DNA of 64,000 nucleotides, from IMG/VR virus record IMGVR_UViG_3300046665_000548, positions 62,001 through 126,000 of that record. One strand, given 5' to 3'. This document shows positions 57,822 through 64,000 of this stretch, one piece after another. Numbering within the stretch: position 1 is the stretch's first letter; each line of letters starts with the position of its first letter. A program made the position numbers and the translations under genes. The notes under the pieces are model-generated. The model had not been told where the DNA came from, did no database searches, and saw only the letters and a list, made by a program, of their open reading frames with translations.

Positions 57822-58325
57822 CACGCAGCCGACAAGGTGATATCGTGGTGCCGTACCGCCGTTCATGGCGGTATGGGCCACAGTCGTGTCTACCATCCAC
57901 GTGTAGGAGTTCGCTGGCATGTGCAGGAACTCTTTGACATCGGGGAAAAGCATCATAGCCTGCGGGTTCGTGATCAACGGGATATGCAGCCGTGGTCCGA
58001 AGTCCTTGTGGATAGAGTAGCATCCCCTCGGCGGCACCATCATGATTCTGAAGCGACCAATCTTGTAAGGTGAATTCAGAAAGACCTCGTGCAAATATGA
58101 CCCGACATGATCGGGATGAAATTCAGTAAATTGACTTTCAGTATATCCAATTGCAAGTCGCCCCGTGCTGAACGTGTAGCGATCTTCGGCTGAAATGTCT
58201 GGCGGATTTACCAACCCGATCTGGTTTACTCCGTCCTTGAACCCTACGCTTTCCACAAGCTTCAGGCATTCGGCCGCGAGACGAATGGTGTTAACTCGAT
58301 AGTCTAGTCTCTCGTAAAGCTTCAT
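57813..58325 (-). CDS. 2OG-Fe(II) oxygenase, Asp/Asn beta-hydroxylase-like
   Basis: GRFRIM..P..YSIHKD..RLHIPLITN..HTAMNGG..RYHLV. Confidence 0.8.
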   Translation of the reverse strand: MKLYERLDYRVNTIRLAAECLKLVESVGFKDGVNQIGLVNPPDISAEDRYTFSTGRLAIGYTESQFTEFHPDHVGSYLHEVFLNSPYKIGRFRIMMVPPRGCYSIHKDFGPRLHIPLITNPQAMMLFPDVKEFLHMPANSYTWMVDTTVAHTAMNGGTAPRYHLVGCVLV

Positions 58326-58861
58326 TATCTTGCTCTCAAGTTCAGCACCGAAATCAAAACCTCGGCTGGCTGAGCCAGAGCCCATGATACGGTTTCCGCG
58401 ACCTTTACCGGCGACAGCGCTAGCCTATCACCGATTTGTTCAGCAGACATCGGTGTGTTAACGAGTCCTGGTTTGATATTGATGATGCGACCGGCAAATA
58501 GTGGGGAAAGTTGAGCACAAGCTTTATCGAGTGCCGTTTTGTGGACAGCGTATTCGCTGGGTCGCTGATAGGGGAATTCCGGGGAAAGGCTGCTGATACA
58601 GACAATGGTCTTGTTTGCCAAGCCAGTCCAGCGATAGTAAAAATGATACAAGATGTCTACTTGAGCCATTCCGTAGTAGGCGTTGTTGATCAGTACATCA
58701 AAGTCCTTGGCCATTTTTCCAAGCTCAAAAGCCGATCCTTCTTTTCTAAGATCGAAACCGGTAGCTCGTGAGAAATTCACCACCTCGTGGCCTTCGGCAC
58801 TAATCACATCCGTTATAGCTTTTCCTATTCCAGAAGTGCCGCCCGTAATCGCTATTTTCAT
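58325..58861 (-). CDS. Short-chain dehydrogenase/reductase
   Basis: ITGGTSGIG, INNA, Y-x3-K (YAVHK); TAAATA 5 nt upstream. Confidence 0.88.
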   Translation of the reverse strand: MKIAITGGTSGIGKAITDVISAEGHEVVNFSRATGFDLRKEGSAFELGKMAKDFDVLINNAYYGMAQVDILYHFYYRWTGLANKTIVCISSLSPEFPYQRPSEYAVHKTALDKACAQLSPLFAGRIINIKPGLVNTPMSAEQIGDRLALSPVKVAETVSWALAQPAEVLISVLNLRAR

Positions 58862-58896
58862 ACCCCTATTTACTAGCCCATAGAGGGCGAACTATA

Positions 58897-59181
58897 ATGA
58901 TCCCATTGTCGCGATCCGACTTCTTTGGGGGCAAAATGTTCATAGACGGCAATTACGTATTTGGTCTTCTCAAACAGAACCTTTCCGTCAATCAGCCAGT
59001 GGTGATGGGACGTACAACTGATCCGCATCTCGACGGGAAAACCGGGAAGATCATGGGTAAGTCATCGGAGGGGCTGTGTGACTTCTACATCATCGAGCTT
59101 GACGAGCCTTACCCGGACAATCCGAGACAAGGACATCGAGCCATCACGCTGACCGAAGCGTGCATCTGTCCAATTGTCTGA
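58897..59181 (+). CDS. Small SH3-like hypothetical protein
   Basis: Beta-rich GKTGKIMG..YIIELD. Confidence 0.5.
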   Translation: MIPLSRSDFFGGKMFIDGNYVFGLLKQNLSVNQPVVMGRTTDPHLDGKTGKIMGKSSEGLCDFYIIELDEPYPDNPRQGHRAITLTEACICPIV

Positions 59182-59193
59182 ACGGAGAATATT

Positions 59194-59727
59194 GTGCGAG
59201 ATAACCGACGATATCTGCATCACGCCTTCACCATCTATTCGGTAGATGGCGAGACGCTCGATAAAATATCGATTGAGACTATTCGGGACTGGCTTCGGAC
59301 AAACGCACGTGGGTTTCGCTTAATTTGGGCTCCTCCTGGTTCTCGCCATTGGCTAAGTCCAAGTAAGGCCAAAATATTCTTGGCGCGCGACAACGAAGCG
59401 GTTGCTTTCAAGCTTCGTTGGAGTGACGACCTGGAGCCGCGAGACATATTTCCAGGTTGGCAAACTTATAGTGGGGCCAACGCGAAAATGCGTTTCGACG
59501 TTTCACCAAACGTCGCAAAATACTACTTGGACGAATACTCATGCTTCGAATACAAATCTTCCTTAACGAAGACCTCATCGCAGAAGCTGACGCCACAAAC
59601 GTCAGCTACTATCGCTCACATGGCTACGACGTTACAGCTACAACCCATGCATCAAAAGACGGCTCTCATGACAGGCATGAGTTTGACCTCAAGCATCGAA
59701 ATGGTGACCAAACCGTTTGGAAGCTGA
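59194..59727 (+). CDS. FKLRW-family protein with a C-terminal extension overlapping the next ORF
   Basis: IRDWL...NEAVAFKLRWS. Confidence 0.5.
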   Translation: MRDNRRYLHHAFTIYSVDGETLDKISIETIRDWLRTNARGFRLIWAPPGSRHWLSPSKAKIFLARDNEAVAFKLRWSDDLEPRDIFPGWQTYSGANAKMRFDVSPNVAKYYLDEYSCFEYKSSLTKTSSQKLTPQTSATIAHMATTLQLQPMHQKTALMTGMSLTSSIEMVTKPFGS

Positions 59728-59780
59728 TAGAAGAGATTTCACGAGAGATCGCTGTACGGGAGAAGAAAGACAATGGCTGA
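59541..59780 (+). CDS. Hypothetical protein
   Basis: Plausible composition; coupled to 59773. Confidence 0.5.
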   Translation: MLRIQIFLNEDLIAEADATNVSYYRSHGYDVTATTHASKDGSHDRHEFDLKHRNGDQTVWKLIEEISREIAVREKKDNG

Positions 59781-59955
59781 GTGCGGACATTGCGGTAAAC
59801 ACGTCAAGGGTATTCGCGACCATATCGAAATGAAGCACGGCGACCATTTCTACGAAATGGGGCCAGACAATCGTTACTACAGTTACAAATTTCTACGGGA
59901 CACTGCGCCCGGATTAGTGATTGTCAAACCACATTGGGATTCCACTTACAAATGA
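59773..59955 (+). CDS. Small C2H2 Zn-finger protein
   Basis: CGHC..DHIEMKH. Confidence 0.55.
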   Translation: MAECGHCGKHVKGIRDHIEMKHGDHFYEMGPDNRYYSYKFLRDTAPGLVIVKPHWDSTYK

Positions 59956-60788
59956 TCATTGACGGCAAAGCTCTGGCAGCGAGTATCAGAGCGAAAATTG
60001 CAGATGAGGTGTCTTCTCTAAATTTAGTTCCAGGTCTTGCAGTTGTTATCGTAGGAGATGATGCGGCCTCGAACATTTACGTTCGCAACAAAGCTAAATT
60101 TGCTGAACAAGTTGGAATTGATTCATCTATTCATTATCTTCAACACGAAAGCAGTGTTGAGCATGTGCTGGAAACGATCTGGCGACTTAATGCCGATCCG
60201 ACCGTGCATGGCATCCTAGTGCAGCTTCCTTTGCGTGGAATGGATGCGCAGAAGGTGATAGAAGCGATTGACCCAAAGAAGGATGTCGATGGTTTTCATC
60301 CGGTCAACGTTGGTCAGATGATGATCGGTCTTCCCGGTTTGCGCCCATGCACGCCCGTTGGCTGCATCAAACTCATCAAGACAGTTCAGGAAGATTTGAC
60401 CGGAATGAATGCTCTCGTGATCGGAGCATCAAACATCGTCGGAAAACCGATGGCGCAATTGCTGCTGGCCGAGAACTGCACTGTCACGCAAGCACACATT
60501 CACACCAAGAACCTTCCGGCCATTGCTCGTCGGGCCGACATCATTGTCGTGGCCGCTGGCGTCCCAGGTCTGGTGAAGCCGGATTGGGTACAGCCCGGCG
60601 CTATCGTGATCGACGTGGGGATCAACCGTGTTGTTGACCCGATGACATTCGCGACCAAGATCGTCGGTGACGTAGACCCGGCCGTCCAAAATGTCGCCAG
60701 AGCGATGACGCCTGTTCCGGGCGGGGTTGGTCCAATGACCATCGCCTGTCTTCTGGAGAATACCGTCAAGGCTGCAAAAAACGCTTGA
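59952..60788 (+). CDS. folD: Bifunctional methylene-THF dehydrogenase/cyclohydrolase
   Basis: IIDGK, YVRNK, GILVQLPL, KDVDGFHP, PCTP, IVGKP, IDVGIN, TPVPGGVGPMT. Confidence 0.96.
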   Translation: MIIDGKALAASIRAKIADEVSSLNLVPGLAVVIVGDDAASNIYVRNKAKFAEQVGIDSSIHYLQHESSVEHVLETIWRLNADPTVHGILVQLPLRGMDAQKVIEAIDPKKDVDGFHPVNVGQMMIGLPGLRPCTPVGCIKLIKTVQEDLTGMNALVIGASNIVGKPMAQLLLAENCTVTQAHIHTKNLPAIARRADIIVVAAGVPGLVKPDWVQPGAIVIDVGINRVVDPMTFATKIVGDVDPAVQNVARAMTPVPGGVGPMTIACLLENTVKAAKNA

Positions 60789-60839
60789 CGAACGTCAAAA
60801 TCTTGGTATTCTTGATGTAATGCAGAGCGAGGAGTTAGC

Positions 60840-61046
60840 ATGAGCATCTTGAATTGCAACATCTCAATGAACGACAAGGTGATTCGGATTTCGAATCTTA
60901 ACGCCGCCTATTCCACTATTTCCAGGCACCGGACCATGGACACGGGTCCAGTTCTGGCCTCCCTGCAAAACGAGATCGACGCTCTGAATAAGTCCGTCGA
61001 AGGCGATGTCGCCATGTACCGGTCGAACGGTAACCGCTGGCCGTAA
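60840..61046 (+). CDS. Early hypothetical protein
   Basis: CTTGAC promoter; GAGGAG RBS. Confidence 0.55.
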   Translation: MSILNCNISMNDKVIRISNLNAAYSTISRHRTMDTGPVLASLQNEIDALNKSVEGDVAMYRSNGNRWP

Positions 61047-61093
61047 GCGAGCGGTTCGACACTTGCGATCCCGGATCAATTTTGGAGTTTAAC

Positions 61094-61405
61094 ATGGCAC
61101 GCAACGTCAGCGGTTCACTGCTTCCCTCGAACTCGCCCGAAATTCTCAAGCCGGTCGAGACTCCCTTTGGGGTCTTGCAGGTGCGAGTTCTCGAACAACT
61201 CGACGCTCATGGCTTGTTCCTCAAGCATGAGCGCGGAGAAACCATTCTGGCAGAGCACGGCAACGGGTTTTCGTGCTTCGAGCTTGGCGAGCGTATGGTC
61301 AAGGGCGATGAAAAGCGCGTTCGTGATCAGGCCAAGTACATTCTCGACTGCGGCGGCATGGCCCGCAATATCGAGCATATCGTCAGCTATATGAAGATCG
61401 ACTGA
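61094..61405 (+). CDS. Hypothetical protein
   Basis: GGAG RBS. Confidence 0.6.
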   Translation: MARNVSGSLLPSNSPEILKPVETPFGVLQVRVLEQLDAHGLFLKHERGETILAEHGNGFSCFELGERMVKGDEKRVRDQAKYILDCGGMARNIEHIVSYMKID

Positions 61406-61409
61406 ACCT

Positions 61410-61757
61410 ATGGCGAATTCATTAAATCGAAATTGCGAAGAATGGGGCTTCAAGCCAAAGCCGGACGGCTCCCACCCTGTTCGCGGCGACAAAGTTCGCA
61501 TGTTCAACTGGTATAACGACAAATTCGAAGACACCCAGGTCGCTAAAAGCGGCCAGTACCCGAGCATGTGGCTAAAGAAGGGTGAAAAGCGATTCGGTTG
61601 CGAAGTCTACTATACCTCCATGAGTAAGCCTTGGAACGCCAAAGAAAAGCGTTTTGAGGCCGAGGAAGTTCCCATCGAGCGAACGACTTCTGCGCTTGTC
61701 GAAGAACAGTTTCAATGGGACGCCGAGAATAATCGCTGGAACGTCTACCTCGTCTAG
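61410..61757 (+). CDS. Hypothetical protein
   Basis: ORF in an operon. Confidence 0.6.
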   Translation: MANSLNRNCEEWGFKPKPDGSHPVRGDKVRMFNWYNDKFEDTQVAKSGQYPSMWLKKGEKRFGCEVYYTSMSKPWNAKEKRFEAEEVPIERTTSALVEEQFQWDAENNRWNVYLV

Positions 61758-61822
61758 TTGGTAAAAACGCTTGACGTAAGTCCAATCTGTGGTACCTTAG
61801 GATATCAACGGAGAACGATTCG

Positions 61823-62062
61823 ATGCCTGCTCGCGAAATGGTCATTTGGGCGAACCGCACCGGCACCACGCTGCTCCCCGACAACGACCAGTGGACGAAC
61901 CGCTTCGAGGTCCATTCGGAAACCTCCTCGCGCGTCTACATCATCGCGCAGAACAAGGCGAACAAGACCTGGGGCTGCTCCTGCATGGGCTGGAAGCGTC
62001 ACCGCAACTGCAAGCACCTGGGCGCTGTTCAGCCCGCGCTCGCCAAGATCACGGCGCACTGA
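61823..62062 (+). CDS. SWIM-type Zn-finger protein
   Basis: WGCSC.GW....CKHL; CTTGAC promoter and GGAG RBS. Confidence 0.75.
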   Translation: MPAREMVIWANRTGTTLLPDNDQWTNRFEVHSETSSRVYIIAQNKANKTWGCSCMGWKRHRNCKHLGAVQPALAKITAH

Positions 62063-62233
62063 TGACCTCCAACGAGAGAGAATTACTGCTACAGATCGGC
62101 CGTTGCATGTCTATGCTTATGGCCGAGGCTTCAAGGGGTCATCCGCACCGAACCCTGTTTGAAGATGTTCGAAACGAGCTAATCGGATCGATGGCGAAGG
62201 TGCGTGAAGAATCACCTAAAGAGGTAGGCTGAA

Positions 62234-62602
62234 ATGGGTCGCGCTCGTCTCACCCCGGAAGAACGTGATGCCAAGCGCCGCGAGCGTGCTAAGTTCTCGT
62301 TCTCGGACGCCGCCTACACCCATTACAATCCGAAGACCGAAGGCTATGGTTCCTACGAAGAGTGGGTGCACACGGCCGAACAGCTTCTGAACGACAAGGG
62401 CATTGCTCGCCCGCAGCGCGCCGATACGCAGTTGCAGCGCGATCTCGCGACGCTGTACTTGGACGCGCTGCCGGAGACTGGCGCGATGCTCAAGACGGCA
62501 TTCCGCAACACCCTCAAGATCGTCCATCCGGACGTTGGCGGTTCGAACGAAGCGACGGTCGAGGCCATCAAGGCTTTCGAGCGCCTGTCGAAGCACTATT
62601 GA
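62234..62602 (+). CDS. Protein with a C-terminal DnaJ (J)-like domain
   Basis: LKTAFR....VHPDVGGS......I.AFERL. Confidence 0.75.
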   Translation: MGRARLTPEERDAKRRERAKFSFSDAAYTHYNPKTEGYGSYEEWVHTAEQLLNDKGIARPQRADTQLQRDLATLYLDALPETGAMLKTAFRNTLKIVHPDVGGSNEATVEAIKAFERLSKHY

Positions 62603-62773
62603 AGGATATCCAGATGGTCTCCGCGTCGAGCAAGAAGGAAATGAAGCAGTCGTTCACCAACGTCGCGAAATTTCTGTCCGGTGTACTGGTTGGCGTTGCG
62701 ATGCTGAAGTTTGGTTTTGGCGAGCGAGACGCAATCGCGGCGGCGGCGGGCATCCCGCTGATCGTCGGCTTCT

Positions 62774-63016
62774 TTGTGGATTGAGGACATGGGAATCACT
62801 CGCGACAAGTTTCTGCTGAGGCACGTCACGTTCGGAAAGCGTGACGAACACGGCAACTATACTGTCAACTACAAGGGGCAGCGCATCGGTGATGTTGTCG
62901 AAGACGGCGGCTACTGGTATGGTTGCCCAACGGGTCAGTCCAAGATCGAAGCGTCTTCGCGCCACAATGCCAGCGAGGCCCTGCTCGACGCCTGGATCGC
63001 GGAGCACGGGGAATAA
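62774..63016 (+). CDS. Hypothetical protein
   Basis: ORF in an operon; start probably at the internal ATG. Confidence 0.5.
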   Translation: MWIEDMGITRDKFLLRHVTFGKRDEHGNYTVNYKGQRIGDVVEDGGYWYGCPTGQSKIEASSRHNASEALLDAWIAEHGE

Positions 63017-63235
63017 TGGCAAACACTGACGTAACATCTTCATTGAGCCGTTGCCGGTTCAGAGTCATGCTCTGGATTGATCTTCTCCCGGAAGAAGCAA
63101 AGGCAGAAGCGTCGATGGCAATGGATGCACTGATGCATACTGCTATTCGTGAAATCGAGCAGGCGTACCGGGATGGTATGACTCACCGATCCGATGCGGT
63201 GCAGTCTCAAAAGATGAAGAACGGAAAATAGGAGG

Positions 63236-63595
63236 ATGGACCCGTTTTTCTTCTTGACCAGCGATAATCCTCGCGTTCTTACCGAGGACGAGGTTCGGGA
63301 CCTGTTTCTCAAACGTGTGGCGGCTATCTCCAACTACTGGGCTACGAACAAAATCGACGGCGAGCAGGGCTCGGTCAAGGGTCGCTGCGAAGGCGTAGCA
63401 TTCTCCATACTTGCGCTGCTCGATGGCTCCAATGTCGGAATGCCCGGCATGAAGGTTATTCCGAACCCGCACGCCGAGGATGAAGAATATCTTCGGGGCG
63501 ATGGTAAGAATTGGTTTCCGGATGACGTGGATATCGCCGGAGGTCTTCACGAGCATATCCACAAATATTTCAACAACACTCCAGGGGATAAGTGA
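63236..63595 (+). CDS. Conserved phage hypothetical protein
   Basis: AGGAGG RBS; GVAFSILALLDG...LHE. Confidence 0.65.
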   Translation: MDPFFFLTSDNPRVLTEDEVRDLFLKRVAAISNYWATNKIDGEQGSVKGRCEGVAFSILALLDGSNVGMPGMKVIPNPHAEDEEYLRGDGKNWFPDDVDIAGGLHEHIHKYFNNTPGDK

Positions 63596-64000
63596 TGGGC
63601 GAGTATGCACGCAAGCTTCGAGCACGGACGCTCGGCAACACACAAGCCCCAACGGCGGCAGCCGATGCGCCGAAGCAAATGACCAACAGCGAATTTCTCC
63701 ATCAGCGCCAGATGTTCTGCGTGATCGATGGTATTCCATACGTGGCCGCGCCAAACGATTCGCGCTACCATCGGGAATGGATGAACGAACTTGTCGATGG
63801 CGGCCACATTGATGATCGAACCTACAATCAGTCGCCGCGTGGTTTCTACCTTGCGCCAGACATGGTTTGGTATCGCGGGCCGATGCAGCCCGTTGGTATG
63901 CGTGACATTACCGAAAAAATTGCGGTCCTCACGCTGATGATGGCGTTGCCGCAAGAGACCATGGTTTATTCGGGCGCGCGGTCGGGGCACGACGACGTGC

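Noticed and set aside
1-64000. Stop-codon reassignment, as in some jumbo phages
   Set aside because: Conserved genes are full length in the standard code, all three stops are used and no suppressor tRNA is seen

Overview
This 64-kb window looks like part of a large T4-related (jumbo-type) myovirus genome, not bacterial chromosome. Dispersed morphogenesis genes include the large terminase, tail sheath, tail tube and two tube-like paralogs, a gp4-like head-completion nuclease, gp13/gp14-like neck proteins, a gp15-like tail terminator and a GH19 endolysin. It also has six tRNAs, two homing endonucleases and host-type genes (cysS, folD, Pth2, usg, an HWE histidine kinase, a fatty-acid hydroxylase, an SDR and a suhB/MmgR-type sRNA) that point to an alphaproteobacterial host. 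Two promoter classes recur: host sigma70-like CTTGAC-N17/18-TA and a T4-late-like (TA)TAAATA box that often lies only 3-7 nt before the start codon. The most striking system is about 15 late genes sharing a short N-terminal tag (M-x-M-R-D-L-x-x-L-x-E). The tag resembles a capsid-targeting/prohead-protease signal and is fused to unrelated payloads: ADP-ribosyltransferase-like, GNAT-like, a T3-type SAM lyase, peptidoglycan hydrolases, a zincin-like and unknown domains. I infer these form a virion-packaged effector arsenal. Other highlights are a six-copy winged-helix gene array, a dispersed 'FKLRW' small-protein family, a 7xHTH-Cro-DnaA_C protein, a variant initiator tRNA and several structured ncRNA candidates. 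All assignments come from motif recognition by eye; no searches were run.
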